Below are positions 29,628 through 39,466 of a stretch of DNA of 64,000 nucleotides, in pieces. Location of the stretch: NCBI GenBank assembly GCA_903836515.1, contig CAILQW010000050.1, forward strand, positions 14,861-78,860, written 5' to 3'. The stretch comes from Candidatus Omnitrophota bacterium. GTDB lineage: Bacteria > Omnitrophota > Gorgyraeia > Zapsychrales > Fredricksoniimonadaceae. Within the stretch, counting starts at the first letter, position 1; each line of letters opens with the position of its first letter. The notes beneath the pieces are model-generated. The model was not told the DNA's origin, did no database searches, and was given only the letters and a program-made list of their open reading frames with translations. Both the position numbers and the translations under genes were made by a program.

Positions 29628-31070
29628 ATGAAGATTGCTATCCTCAACCCCTCATTTGGCAAGAACTTTGTCCGCGTTGCCCGCTGGGCGGCCCGGTCGC
29701 GGGGGCGTGTTCAGCGTCATCCCGATTATTTGCTCATCGCGGCCCAGGTCCTCCTGGATGCCGGCCATGAGGTGATTTTCGTAGAAGCCGCGGCATGCAA
29801 TATGTCACCGGAGGAAAGTTTCAAGGTCATCCGGGCGTTTACGCCGGAACTGCTCGTGATCCATGCCACGACCCCATCGATTTATGCGGACATGGAACAG
29901 GCCCGCACGATCAAGGCGCAGAATGACTGCCGGGTGGTCTTTGTCGGCCAGCATGTGAGTGCAGAACCCCTGAATACGTTTGAGATAGCCCGCGGCGCCG
30001 TGGATTATATCCTGCGCGGCGAATATGATCACTCCTTGCGCGATCTGGCCAATGGTTTGCCCTCTGGGGATATCAAGGGGATGAGCTGGCATAACGGGCA
30101 GACTGTTATTACCAATCCCGACCGTCCTGCCCTGGATGTGAACGAGCTTCCCTTCCCTGCCTGGCATTTGATCAAGCCGGAGTGGTATCCGGATGCGGGT
30201 AAGAAATTCCCATTCTTGACGCTGTTCACCGGGCGCGGGTGCAATAATGCCTGCAGTTTTTGCCGTGATCCTCAGCTCATGTATGGCTATCGTTTGCGTA
30301 ACCGTGATGCCCAACGGGTCGTCGACGAAATGGAATTCGACCTTCGGTTGTTCCCCGGTATCCGTGAGATCATGTTCGAAACAGATACTTTTGCAGCCGA
30401 TCCCAAACATGTTCAGGCGGTTTGCCAGGAGATCATCCGGCGGGGCCTTCACACGAAGATATCCTGGTCCTGCAATATGCGCATTAATACGGACCTTGCC
30501 CTGCTTCCTTTAATGAAGAACGCCGGCTGCCGCATGCTTATGGTCGGGTATGAATTCGGCACGGATGAGACCCTGCGCGCGGTGCGCAAGGGCGATGTGA
30601 ATGTGGCCATGGGCCGGCGATTCAGCCAAAGAGCTCATGAACTGGGGTTTACCCTGCACGGGTGTTTTATGATCGGCGCTCCCGGGGAAACCCATGAAAG
30701 CGCCCGCGCCACCATCGATTATGCCAAGTCCATGACCCTGGATACCATCCAGATCACAGGGATCGCCACATACCCTGGCACGCATCTTTATAGTTGGGCC
30801 AAAGAGAACGGGTATCTGCTGGCCAAGGACTGGACCGACTGGCTGACGGCGGAAGGCGAACAGAAAACCCTGCTGTCGTATCCCCAACTTTCCAACAAAG
30901 AGATCGATACCCTTATTGATACCGGCCTGAAAGAATTCTACCTGCGCCCCGTTCAGATGTGGCGCATGCTGGTCAGCATCCGTTCCGTGGGAGATCTCCT
31001 ACGGAAACTCTACGGCCTGGGGGCATTCATCGATTATTTCTGGAAGAAAATCATTCGGTCACACCCATAA
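29628..31070 (+). CDS. B12-binding-domain radical SAM protein
   Basis: N-terminal cobalamin-binding-like Rossmann region, then radical SAM CxxxCxxC motif (GRGCNNACSFC). 480 aa. Confidence 0.8.
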   Translation: MKIAILNPSFGKNFVRVARWAARSRGRVQRHPDYLLIAAQVLLDAGHEVIFVEAAACNMSPEESFKVIRAFTPELLVIHATTPSIYADMEQARTIKAQNDCRVVFVGQHVSAEPLNTFEIARGAVDYILRGEYDHSLRDLANGLPSGDIKGMSWHNGQTVITNPDRPALDVNELPFPAWHLIKPEWYPDAGKKFPFLTLFTGRGCNNACSFCRDPQLMYGYRLRNRDAQRVVDEMEFDLRLFPGIREIMFETDTFAADPKHVQAVCQEIIRRGLHTKISWSCNMRINTDLALLPLMKNAGCRMLMVGYEFGTDETLRAVRKGDVNVAMGRRFSQRAHELGFTLHGCFMIGAPGETHESARATIDYAKSMTLDTIQITGIATYPGTHLYSWAKENGYLLAKDWTDWLTAEGEQKTLLSYPQLSNKEIDTLIDTGLKEFYLRPVQMWRMLVSIRSVGDLLRKLYGLGAFIDYFWKKIIRSHP

Positions 31071-31679
31071 AAGACGGGACTGTTGTTGTCATCGGGCGGA
31101 TGTCAATGATGACCGGCGTGATGCCCGCGGCGTCCTGCAGGCGCTGGATCATGGCGGGGTCGAATTTATACTGGACAATTTCCCCATTATTATTCTTGAC
31201 GTTTATTCTGTCGCGGGTCAGGTCGATGCCGCCGGTGCCAGATTGAGACGCAGAATCGGGCAGAACAACATCGGGTATCCGGTTAACTGGTGATTTTAAC
31301 GAATTATCCCGAGGGGTGTTATTGTGTTTCGTTAGAAAATAATATAATTTCTCTTCATTCTTTACTGTAAAATCCCGTTTCAGCAGATCCTTTCTAAAAT
31401 ATCCGTTTAGAAATTCCTGGCCGGATGTTAAATCCGTAATATCAAACCCAGGTTTAATAAACGGTTGCAGCAATCAAAAAAATAATTGTTCAGATCCCCA
31501 TGGCTTAACCTTTTATAGAAACTGATGAGCATTTTTCTCAAGTCATCAATAACAAAGAAGGCGAATTCATCTCTGGACATACGACCTGCTGCGATACGGG
31601 CATCTTGAAAGTCGACTAATTTTAGACGGCTGATATATCCATCAGGGATTCTAAATTGTCCAAGTAGATTGATGTTCAT
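31051..31679 (-). pseudogene. Frameshifted small GIDL-module protein (family copy D, paralog of 62921..63598)
   Basis: Two overlapping ORFs in different frames on the same strand (31428..31679 and 31051..31473) reconstruct a ~210-aa protein. It ends in GGIDLTRDRINV...FDPAMIQRLQDAAGITPVIIDIRPM. The locus is AT-rich. Confidence 0.4.
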
Positions 31680-31817
31680 AAAGATCGCAAAAGTATATAT
31701 TATTATTTATATTCCTGCTATTCCCTGAATGGGAACCTGTCTAAAAATCGTTTTGACAATTCACGCCGGCTCTGGTATATTTTCTTCACTGTTCAACCAT
31801 TTATCAGGAGTCAATGT

Positions 31818-32093
31818 ATGCCACATGTTGTTTGCGAACCCTGCGTGAATTGCCGCACCACCAATTGTTGTGTCGTGTGCCCCGTGGAAGCTTTTCGCGA
31901 GGATACCAATATGCTCGTCATCGATCCGGACGTCTGCATTGACTGCGGCGCGTGCGCCGGCGAATGCCCGGTACAGGCCATCTACCCCGACGGCGACGTA
32001 CCTGCCAAGTGGCAGAAGTATATCGCGCTCAACAAGGAAAAAGCGCCGTCGCTTCCTCCGATCAACACAAAAAAGACGCCGCTGAAGAAGTAA
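31818..32093 (+). CDS. fdxA: 7Fe ferredoxin ([3Fe-4S][4Fe-4S], FdxA-like)
   Basis: 91 aa. CxxxxxxCxxxCP then CxxCxxCxxxCP pattern, followed by the FdxA-type C-terminal helix (DVPAKWQKYIALNKE). The longer antisense ORF 31761..32633 is judged spurious. Confidence 0.8.
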   Translation: MPHVVCEPCVNCRTTNCCVVCPVEAFREDTNMLVIDPDVCIDCGACAGECPVQAIYPDGDVPAKWQKYIALNKEKAPSLPPINTKKTPLKK

Positions 32094-32113
32094 TACAGCG
32101 ACCATTGATTGAA

Positions 32114-32147
32114 AAAGGGCGCTGAAACGATCAGCGCCTTTTTTTTT
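32114..32147 (+). terminator. Rho-independent terminator after fdxA
   Basis: GGGCGCTGA / TCAGCGCC stem, followed by a run of nine T. Confidence 0.6.
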
Positions 32148-32174
32148 GACGGGATCATATAAAGGAAAAATGCG

Positions 32175-33902
32175 ATGACAAAGAAGAAAACCCCTTCCAA
32201 ACCTATGACCGGTGCCCAGGCCCTCATCAAGTGCCTGGAAGCGCATGGCGTCCAATACATTTTCGGCCTTCCCGGTGGATCGGCGATCCCTATCTTCGAT
32301 GCCCTTTATGAGTCGAAGATCAAGACGATCTTGACCCGTCATGAGCAGGGTGCCACACACATGGCGGATGGGTATGCCCGTGCGACCGGCAAAGTCGGTG
32401 TGGCCCTTGTTACCTCTGGGCCCGGTGCGACCAATACCGTTACTGGCATCATGACGGCCATGATGGATTCCATCCCCATCGTGGTGTTTGCCGGGCAGAC
32501 CATCTCTCCCATGCTGGGCAAAGATGCGTTCCAGGAATCCGATATCACCGGCATTACCATGCCCGTGGTGAAACACAATTACCTGGTCAAGGACATCAAT
32601 GCGATCCCGCGGATCGTCAAAGAAGCGTTCCATATCGCTTCAACCGGACGCCCCGGCCCCGTGCTGGTGGACCTTCCCAAAGATGTGACCGCCGGATTGT
32701 TCACCGGCTCCCTTGACCAGGACATGGACCTGCCTGGGTATACGATCCCGGCCAAAGGGAACAAGGCCGATATCCTGAAACTGGCAAAAATGTTCAAGCA
32801 GGCCAAGAAACCGCTTATCCTCGCCGGACACGGCGCGGTCATCGCCAATGCGGACAAGGCGGTCAGGACCCTGGCCGAAAAAACACATTCCCCTGTCACG
32901 GTGACATTGTTAGGAAAAGGTGCTTTCCCGGAAACCCATCCCTTATCGCTGGGGATGCTGGGGATGCACGGCACGGTCTACGCCAACAAAGCATTGACGG
33001 CCTGCGACCTGATCGTTTCCATCGGCTCGCGCTGGGACGACCGCATCAACGGCAATAATGACGAGTTCTGCATCGGGGCCAAGAAGGTCCACATTGACAT
33101 TGACCCCGCGGAAATAAACAAGATCGTGAAACCCGACCTTTCTATCGTGGGTGACGCGCGGCTCATCGTCGAAGAACTGATCAAGCACGTGAGCCCGCTG
33201 GATACGGCGGAATGGCTTGAGGAACTTGAATTCTGCAAAAAGGAATTCCCGCTCCATTATTCCGATGCGGAAGGGCTCACGGCCCAGCGTGTGATCGACG
33301 ACCTGTACCATGTGACCGGCGGGAAGGCTGTTGTCACGACGGACGTTGGGCAGCATCAGATGTGGGCGGCACAGTTTTACAAGACGGATCATTGCCACAA
33401 CTGGCTTTCATCGGGCGGCGCCGGCACCATGGGTTATGGCTATCCCGCGGCCATTGGGGCGCAGTTTGGTCGTCCGGGTGAACTGGTCGTGGCCATTGTC
33501 GGCGACGGCGGGTTCCAGATGACCCTGTGTGAACTGGCCACCGCTGCGGTCAACAAGCAGCCCGTCAAGGTGCTTGTTGTTGACAATAAGTACCTCGGCA
33601 TGGTCCGCCAGTGGCAGTCGCTCTTTTTTGACAACCGTCTTTCGGGGGTTGATCTCGCCGGGAATCCCGATTTCGTGAAACTTGCGGAAGCTTACGGGGT
33701 CAAGGGTTTTCATATTGATTCAGTCAAGGATTGCCGCAAAGTCCTGGCCCAGGCCATGGCGCACAAGGGGCCGGCCCTGATCCACGCGGAAGTTATCAAG
33801 GAAGGTAATGTTTTTCCGATGATCCCGGCGGGAAAATCAGCGTATCATATCATTACAGAAGCACCCAAGACAAAAATGGAAAAACCGACGGGTTCCACCT
33901 GA
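32175..33902 (+). CDS. ilvB: Acetolactate synthase large subunit (biosynthetic type)
   Basis: 575 aa. TPP-enzyme N/M/C domains ([14 protein letters not shown] ... GPGATN ... GDGGFQM). Confidence 0.9.
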   Translation: MTKKKTPSKPMTGAQALIKCLEAHGVQYIFGLPGGSAIPIFDALYESKIKTILTRHEQGATHMADGYARATGKVGVALVTSGPGATNTVTGIMTAMMDSIPIVVFAGQTISPMLGKDAFQESDITGITMPVVKHNYLVKDINAIPRIVKEAFHIASTGRPGPVLVDLPKDVTAGLFTGSLDQDMDLPGYTIPAKGNKADILKLAKMFKQAKKPLILAGHGAVIANADKAVRTLAEKTHSPVTVTLLGKGAFPETHPLSLGMLGMHGTVYANKALTACDLIVSIGSRWDDRINGNNDEFCIGAKKVHIDIDPAEINKIVKPDLSIVGDARLIVEELIKHVSPLDTAEWLEELEFCKKEFPLHYSDAEGLTAQRVIDDLYHVTGGKAVVTTDVGQHQMWAAQFYKTDHCHNWLSSGGAGTMGYGYPAAIGAQFGRPGELVVAIVGDGGFQMTLCELATAAVNKQPVKVLVVDNKYLGMVRQWQSLFFDNRLSGVDLAGNPDFVKLAEAYGVKGFHIDSVKDCRKVLAQAMAHKGPALIHAEVIKEGNVFPMIPAGKSAYHIITEAPKTKMEKPTGST

Positions 33903-33960
33903 TCGGCATCAACATAGAGGAGCGGCCTGCGATGGCTGCTCCCCCACAACAAGGGTTTTT

Positions 33961-34458
33961 ATGAAACAGGATGGAATTCACACACTGAGCATTCTCGTCG
34001 CCAATAAACCCGGAGTCCTCGTACGTGTGGCGCTCACCTTTGCCCGGCGTGGATACAACATCGACTCTCTGGTGGTGTCGGCGACGCATAATCCGAAATT
34101 TTCACGCATGACCGTGACCGCCAAGGGAGATCCGGCGACACTCGAGCAGATCATTAAACAGCTAAATAAACTGATCGATGTGATCCACGCCAGCGAACAT
34201 AACACCGCGACGTCCCTCGACCTTGAATTGTCGCTGCTCAAGGTCAGGGTGGCCGGCGCGTCCAGGGCTGTCATCATCAAACACATCCGGGAACACCAGG
34301 CAAAACTCATGGATGAGACCGACGACAGCCTTATCATCGCCCAGATGGGAACCACCGATGAACTTAACAGCTTTGAAAGCCTTATCACCAAGTACGGGCT
34401 GGTGGAAATGGTGCGTTCCGGAAAACTTTTGATGACCCGGGGAAAAGAAACGACCTGA
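33961..34458 (+). CDS. ilvN: Acetolactate synthase small (regulatory) subunit
   Basis: ACT-domain N-terminus (HTLSILVANKPGVLVRVALTFARRGYNIDSL) and the IlvN C-terminal domain. Confidence 0.85.
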   Translation: MKQDGIHTLSILVANKPGVLVRVALTFARRGYNIDSLVVSATHNPKFSRMTVTAKGDPATLEQIIKQLNKLIDVIHASEHNTATSLDLELSLLKVRVAGASRAVIIKHIREHQAKLMDETDDSLIIAQMGTTDELNSFESLITKYGLVEMVRSGKLLMTRGKETT

Positions 34459-34477
34459 TTTTTCCCGGTCATTCTAT

Positions 34478-34900
34478 TTATTCTTCCCAGGCAATATCCG
34501 ACGGGTTGACAGCATCCGCCGAGGGTTCCTGACCATAGCTGCCTTCAGGGCGTGTCCGTGGTGCGCCTCCGTCATCATTTCGTTTGGGCATGAAATGGAT
34601 GTTGTTCGCCGAGATTCTGACACGGCTTTGCGTTTTGCCGTCTTTCTCCCAGCGGTCCTGCTTCAAGCGGCCCTCCACAATGATGCCGCTGCCTTTCTTT
34701 AAATATTTGCCGCAATTCTCAGCGACAGGCCCCCAGACTTCAATATCGAAGTAAGATACTTCCGTGACCTTCTCGTTATTTTTGGAATAGACCCGGTTAT
34801 TAGCGATCGAAAGTGTGCATACAGTTTTTCCGGAAGGCGTGTTTTTCAGTTCGGGATCGCGTGTCAGATTGCCCATGATGTTCACAGAGTTCAAGCTCAT
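34478..34900 (-). CDS. ssb: Single-stranded DNA-binding protein
   Basis: OB-fold SSB N-terminus (MSLNSVNIMGNLTRDPELKNTPSGKTVC ... FDIEVWG), G/P-rich tail and acidic C-terminus (DIAWEE). Confidence 0.85.
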   Translation of the reverse strand: MSLNSVNIMGNLTRDPELKNTPSGKTVCTLSIANNRVYSKNNEKVTEVSYFDIEVWGPVAENCGKYLKKGSGIIVEGRLKQDRWEKDGKTQSRVRISANNIHFMPKRNDDGGAPRTRPEGSYGQEPSADAVNPSDIAWEE

Positions 34901-35073
34901 TGGTCATCCTTTCATTGGTGTGTTGCGGCGCTCGTCGGAGATCAAAAAGAGGCCGGTCATAATTATTTTATTGTTTATAAAATATCATAAATTATTTGAA
35001 CATTATAAAACACATATTATTATAAAGAAAGAAACGCAGTAAAAAACATGCAACCTTGGAAAGGAGAACAACA

Positions 35074-35139
35074 TGGCCACAGCCAAAAAAGCCGCGAAGA
35101 AAGCTCCTGCGAAGAAGACAGCAAAAAAGAAGAAGTAAT
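35074..35139 (+). CDS. Possible 21-aa lysine/alanine-rich micro-ORF (MATAKKAAKKAPAKKTAKKKK)
   Basis: Strong SD (ggaaaggagaacaacATG) and an intrinsic-terminator-like hairpin immediately downstream. No other ORF sits in this 300-bp AT-rich gap. Confidence 0.3.
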
Positions 35140-35159
35140 AGCTTCTCCCTTATTTATAA

Positions 35160-35193
35160 AAAACCCTCTCATCCACGTGGAGGGTTTTTTATT
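35160..35193. terminator. Putative bidirectional terminator (downstream of sod on - strand and of the micro-ORF on + strand)
   Basis: A6 - ACCCTC ... GAGGGT - T6 hairpin between convergent ORFs. Confidence 0.45.
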
Positions 35194-35210
35194 TCTGGCT
35201 CGCCCATGTT

Positions 35211-35822
35211 TCATTTAGCCGCAAGATAAAGTTCGTTCACCGTCTCCCAGTTGATCACATTGTAAAATGCGTCGATGTACTCGGGGCGCCTGTTCTGGTA
35301 TTTCAGGTAGTACGCGTGTTCCCAGACGTCGATGACCAACAAGGGCTTCTTTCCGATAGACAGCGGGCTGTCCTGGTTAGGGGTTTTGATGACCTCAAGC
35401 TTTCCGTCCTTGGTCATGACGAGCCATGCCCACCCCGAGCCGAATTGGGTTGTTGCCGCATCGGTAAACTTCGCCTTGAATTCCTGGAATGAGCCAAACC
35501 CTGCCCTGATGGCATCAGCGACGGGCCCCTTGGGTTCTCCGTTTTGCCGGGGGCCGATCACCGCCCAGTAAAATGAATGGTTAACCGCGCCGCCGCCGTT
35601 ATTGCGTACCGCCGCACGAATATCTTCCGGAACGGTGTCAATATGGACCAGGAGATCTTCGGCGCTCTGGCTTTCGAGCAGAGGCTTGCCGGCCACCGCC
35701 GCGTTAAAACGGTCCACATAGGTCTTGTGATGCTTGCTGTGGTGTATTTCCAAGGTTTTTGCGTCGATGAAAGGTTCAAGCGCGTCATAGGCATACTTGA
35801 GTTGGGGCAACTGATAAGCCAT
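35211..35822 (-). CDS. Fe/Mn superoxide dismutase
   Basis: 203 aa. [28 protein letters not shown] and DVWEHAYY motifs. Confidence 0.9.
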   Translation of the reverse strand: MAYQLPQLKYAYDALEPFIDAKTLEIHHSKHHKTYVDRFNAAVAGKPLLESQSAEDLLVHIDTVPEDIRAAVRNNGGGAVNHSFYWAVIGPRQNGEPKGPVADAIRAGFGSFQEFKAKFTDAATTQFGSGWAWLVMTKDGKLEVIKTPNQDSPLSIGKKPLLVIDVWEHAYYLKYQNRRPEYIDAFYNVINWETVNELYLAAK

Positions 35823-35871
35823 AAAATCCTCCGTTGTTTTTTAAAATTTAGTCGTCCAAGAAGATAAAGCC

Positions 35872-36270
35872 TTACAAGGCGGTGTTGAACCGTCGGCGCC
35901 ATTCTTCAGGGATGGGGGTTTTTACCCCCGTTTTTTTGTTTACCGTGACGTTGACAGTACTGGCCGTGCCGACTGGCCGTCCTTCCCTTGTCAAGGTAAA
36001 GGCGAATACGACGGACGTTTCACCGATCTTGGCAATGCGCACAGCGATATCCAGTGCATCACCGGCCTTGAGCATGGCCGTGTAATCCGCCTCCGCATGG
36101 ACGAGCGGAAAAGTTAAGGTCGGATGGTCCATCCATTCAGCCATGTCAAGTCCCAGGGATTCGAGGAAATGTTCTTTGGCTTCGTGGATCAGATAAAACT
36201 GGTTGGCAAAAAAAAGCCGTCCTGCCGCGTCGGTGTGGTGTAAATAAATACGTGCATGATGGGTAAACAT
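35872..36270 (-). CDS. Hotdog-fold acyl-CoA thioesterase (YbgC/4HBT family; candidate DHNA-CoA thioesterase given men context)
   Basis: 132 aa. HHTDAAGRLFFANQFYL ... hotdog thioesterase signature. Adjacent to men genes. Confidence 0.65.
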   Translation of the reverse strand: MFTHHARIYLHHTDAAGRLFFANQFYLIHEAKEHFLESLGLDMAEWMDHPTLTFPLVHAEADYTAMLKAGDALDIAVRIAKIGETSVVFAFTLTREGRPVGTASTVNVTVNKKTGVKTPIPEEWRRRFNTAL

Positions 36271-36842
36271 TAATTCTCCTCAATCACCAGGGGGTCCCCT
36301 GTTTCAAGGCAATGAAAAAGATTTTGAAGGTCTCCGGGGTCGGCCTTCAGCATCGGATAGGACAACAGCGTCCTGGCCGGTACGATCCGTAAAATAAGGC
36401 AACGGTCCGTGTCAATTCTCGGACCCAGGGCGGCATCGCTTCCAAGGAACATATCATTATACCCGTAAGCGACGGCATGTTCAATATCGGTCCAGCGCAA
36501 GTTCCTGGAAAAAATTTTTTTGTTCGTCCGCGAGCTGATCACAAGCCCCGGATTGACGTCAGCGATAATTGTTTCAGGGCCAGGCCCTAAAGCGGCAGGC
36601 GGCAGTGGACAAACAAGCGCACCGATGCGCCATAGGGCCATAAGCACGATGAAATAGGATGGCGATTTTTCCGCAACGAGAAGGATCCGCGTGTCGGCGT
36701 GCACCGCGATTTCTTTCAAATACCTGGACGTGTTGTGCACGTAACTGTTGACGGCCCCCCAAAGGATGCTGCGTCCGCCCCAGGATATGGCCGTACGTTG
36801 CGGATAACGGCAGGCATTGAGGTAGACCGGGCAGGGTTCCAC
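36270..36842 (-). CDS. Degenerate MenE-like (o-succinylbenzoate-CoA ligase) N-terminal fragment
   Basis: 190 aa. Resembles only the first ~110 residues of AMP-binding enzymes / MenE (RTAISWGGRSILWGAVNSYV ... LWRIGALVCPLPP). No T/SGxTG P-loop or downstream adenylation motifs. No room for the rest, because menC abuts upstream and the thioesterase start overlaps its stop. Confidence 0.4.
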   Translation of the reverse strand: MEPCPVYLNACRYPQRTAISWGGRSILWGAVNSYVHNTSRYLKEIAVHADTRILLVAEKSPSYFIVLMALWRIGALVCPLPPAALGPGPETIIADVNPGLVISSRTNKKIFSRNLRWTDIEHAVAYGYNDMFLGSDAALGPRIDTDRCLILRIVPARTLLSYPMLKADPGDLQNLFHCLETGDPLVIEEN

Positions 36843-36846
36843 GCGA

Positions 36847-38007
36847 TTACACCGCTTTCAGCCGGCCCGTCAATGACGGGGTAAAGAATTTTGTGACGAT
36901 ATGCAATCGGTCTTTGGGGATGCGTCCGGCGTCGACCAGGACCGGACGAAGTAAAAGATCGCCGTCAAACCAGTTGGCCGTTCCCAGATTGGCTGTTGCA
37001 GGGGTCATGGATGCAAGATTCGCAAGGGCTGTCATCCCGATACCGGATTCAAAAAGTCCCTCCACGATCACATGAAGCCCAAGATCTTTGGCGGTATCAA
37101 GGAGTTTCATATGTCCGCTGATGCCGTTCATGAGCATGGGGCATGCGATCACATGGGTGAGACCGACAAGCCCTCCGAGTTCCTCGAGCGGCCGTTGGGT
37201 TCCTGACAGGCCCAGAGCAACAGGCATCGCCGTACGCCGGGTGAACTGTTCGATTTGAAGGAAGTTAGCCACGGGATCCTGAAGATATTCAATGCGGTCC
37301 ATGCCGGTATTTTCCGCAAAAACGATCGCTTCATCGAGGCGCCATCCGCCTTCAGCGTCAAGCCGCAGTTTCCCTTCAGGCCCTATCACCTGCCGGAGCG
37401 ATTCCACCCGCTGGATATCAAGGGGAATATTGCGGCTGCCGACTTTGAGTTGAAAGGTTGTATAACCTTTGGCGCTAAGGAATCGTGCCTGGCGGACAAT
37501 ATCCGTTGATGACCCATGCAGGAATCCTGCACTGGAAGCCTCCTGGGCCACATCCGTGCCCAGGAATGCGGCCACGGAGAGATTATGGGTGTCGGCGGCC
37601 ATGGCTGTGAGTGCGGCTTCGAAACCGAATTTTACCGAAGGGCAAATCTCCCCGCCCGAAAAGCGCCTGGTCAGCCATTCAAGCAGGTGCGGCCCATCCA
37701 CAGGGACAGGCGCATTCTTAAGTTCACGCGCCAGGGTTTCAGCCTGGTGAACGGCTTTCTTGAGGAGTTCGCTGCTGACGCCCGGTAATGGCGCTATTTC
37801 TCCAAATCCCATGCATCCCCTGTCGGAAATGATGTGCACGACAAGCCCTTCCCGGCAAATATGTTCTTGCCCGCGTCCGGTCACAGGCTGCGCGAGTGGC
37901 AGCAGGAAAGGATAGCAATGAATGCTTTGGATAACTAAAGAAGCCATGTGCAGGAATATCCAACGGCCTGGACGAATAAAAGAAGGATTGTCAATCCCAA
38001 GACCCAA
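36847..38007 (-). CDS. menC: o-Succinylbenzoate synthase-like enolase-superfamily enzyme
   Basis: Enolase-superfamily capping and barrel domains (KVGSRNIPLDIQRVESLRQ ... LRLDAEGGW ... LQDP). The true start is probably internal (about 37947) to avoid a ~70-nt overlap with menA. Confidence 0.65.
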   Translation of the reverse strand: MGLGIDNPSFIRPGRWIFLHMASLVIQSIHCYPFLLPLAQPVTGRGQEHICREGLVVHIISDRGCMGFGEIAPLPGVSSELLKKAVHQAETLARELKNAPVPVDGPHLLEWLTRRFSGGEICPSVKFGFEAALTAMAADTHNLSVAAFLGTDVAQEASSAGFLHGSSTDIVRQARFLSAKGYTTFQLKVGSRNIPLDIQRVESLRQVIGPEGKLRLDAEGGWRLDEAIVFAENTGMDRIEYLQDPVANFLQIEQFTRRTAMPVALGLSGTQRPLEELGGLVGLTHVIACPMLMNGISGHMKLLDTAKDLGLHVIVEGLFESGIGMTALANLASMTPATANLGTANWFDGDLLLRPVLVDAGRIPKDRLHIVTKFFTPSLTGRLKAV

Positions 38008-38771
38008 TTGAGGCTGGTGGTGTCTTCACGGGTGAATACCCCGTGGATCAGCGGGATCGCGGCAAAGGCCGTCAATGAGGTTAAAAGTGTGGCGGGATGC
38101 TGATCTGTCAGGTAATAGATGGCCACCGGGCCTGCGGCGGCGGCCAGCACGCAAAAAAGGTATTCGATTTGCGGGAAGGTTTTGCCAAGCTGGACGGCCA
38201 GGGTGCGTTGGCCGCTGGCTGCATCCGTCGTCATGTCGCGCAGGTTGTTGACAGCCAGCACCGCCGTTCCCATAAAGCCTGTCATGGTGCCTGCCAAAAC
38301 GATCGCTGCATTATATTCGAACGACTGGGCGTAGTAGGTACCTGTTACCGCCACAGGGCCGAAAAGAACGCATGCCGCAAGGTCACCCAGGCCGGTCCTG
38401 GCCAAGGACCATCGTCCGGTGTTGTAAAAGATCCCCACCAGGACAGAAAGCCCAAGGACCAGCAAGGCAGGATACCCCACCCGGACAATGAGCCCGGATC
38501 CTGCGGAAGTTGCCAGAAGGAACAACAAGATAGAGCCATGCCGCAGGGCGCGTGATGTCAAAACCGATGATCCGCTGATGCGGCTGCCGGCGCTGCGGTA
38601 CAGATTTATGGCTCCCTGCAGGGCAACCGCCAGGGCCAGGGCGGATAAGGCGGATGGGAAATGAAAGAATCCGTCGCCATAAGCCATGGCGGACCCAATC
38701 ATGACCGGGGCAAGGGCAATGAGGAGTGTGTGCGGGCGGATGGCCGCAGTCCACGCGATAAGTTTTTTCAT
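37935..38771 (-). CDS. menA: 1,4-dihydroxy-2-naphthoate polyprenyltransferase (UbiA family)
   Basis: UbiA-type polytopic membrane protein (MKKLIAWTAAIRPHTLLIALAPVMIGSAMAY ... NNLRDMTTDAASGQRTLAV). The ATG at 38771 is preferred over the track start. Confidence 0.8.
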   Translation of the reverse strand: MKKLIAWTAAIRPHTLLIALAPVMIGSAMAYGDGFFHFPSALSALALAVALQGAINLYRSAGSRISGSSVLTSRALRHGSILLFLLATSAGSGLIVRVGYPALLVLGLSVLVGIFYNTGRWSLARTGLGDLAACVLFGPVAVTGTYYAQSFEYNAAIVLAGTMTGFMGTAVLAVNNLRDMTTDAASGQRTLAVQLGKTFPQIEYLFCVLAAAAGPVAIYYLTDQHPATLLTSLTAFAAIPLIHGVFTREDTTSLNWVLGLTILLLFVQAVGYSCTWLL

Positions 38772-38790
38772 GATTCCCCGGGAGGGTTTT

Positions 38791-39141
38791 TCATTCAATG
38801 TTGCCCTTAAGATGCTCCCGGATGTGCAGGACTTCCCCCTTATAGCGCGGGATAAGATGGACATGGGCGTGCATCACGATCTGCCCTGCGGCTTCGCCGC
38901 AATTGATCCAGATATTGTAGCCGTCTGGTGTATGCTCTTTTTCGACGGAATTTTTCATGTGTCCCAGGAGCTGCTGAATGGCGTTGAATTCTTCCCTGGT
39001 GGCTTCGAATATGTCCCTGATGTGGCGGCGGGGAATAATGAGGGTGTGCCCCTTAGACAGGGGGCGGATATCGTAAACGGCATATGCCAAATCATTCTCC
39101 ATGATCCGGGGTATGTTTTTGCAAAAGACACAATCGGGCAT
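38791..39141 (-). CDS. HIT-family (histidine triad) hydrolase
   Basis: 116 aa. CVFCKNI ... HVHLIPR histidine triad motif. Confidence 0.8.
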   Translation of the reverse strand: MPDCVFCKNIPRIMENDLAYAVYDIRPLSKGHTLIIPRRHIRDIFEATREEFNAIQQLLGHMKNSVEKEHTPDGYNIWINCGEAAGQIVMHAHVHLIPRYKGEVLHIREHLKGNIE

Positions 39142-39150
39142 CGAAGACTC

Positions 39151-39417
39151 CTAGGCGTGCATATTGCGTTCGAACTCTTCCACTTCCTTGCGGGCGCGTT
39201 CAATATCTTCCATGGCAAAGATGTCGCAGTAAAGCTGTACGGCCAGGTCCTTGTCGCCTTCACGCAGGACTTCCCGTACATCCCACATGGTGGGTTCTTC
39301 CTGGCGCGTGCGTTCCTGATACAGTTTTTGAGCCTTGCGCAGCGCCACGATCCAGTAAATCTGCAAACCCAGCAGAACCGTTAGTACAACGCTGATAAAA
39401 ATAGCGAACCAGATCAT
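39151..39417 (-). CDS. Small membrane protein (hypothetical)
   Basis: 88 aa. N-terminal TM helix (IWFAIFISVVLTVLLGLQIYWIV), then a charged helical tail. Confidence 0.45.
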   Translation of the reverse strand: MIWFAIFISVVLTVLLGLQIYWIVALRKAQKLYQERTRQEEPTMWDVREVLREGDKDLAVQLYCDIFAMEDIERARKEVEEFERNMHA

Positions 39418-39466
39418 GATCCCTCCCTGATGGGTGCGTCCAATACTTTTTTAGGTATCGCCGCCG

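Noticed and set aside
31761-32633. 290-aa minus-strand ORF overlapping fdxA and the 5' end of ilvB
   Set aside because: Antisense to two well-supported plus-strand genes (7Fe ferredoxin, acetolactate synthase). G/R/H-rich low-complexity translation typical of spurious high-GC antisense ORFs.
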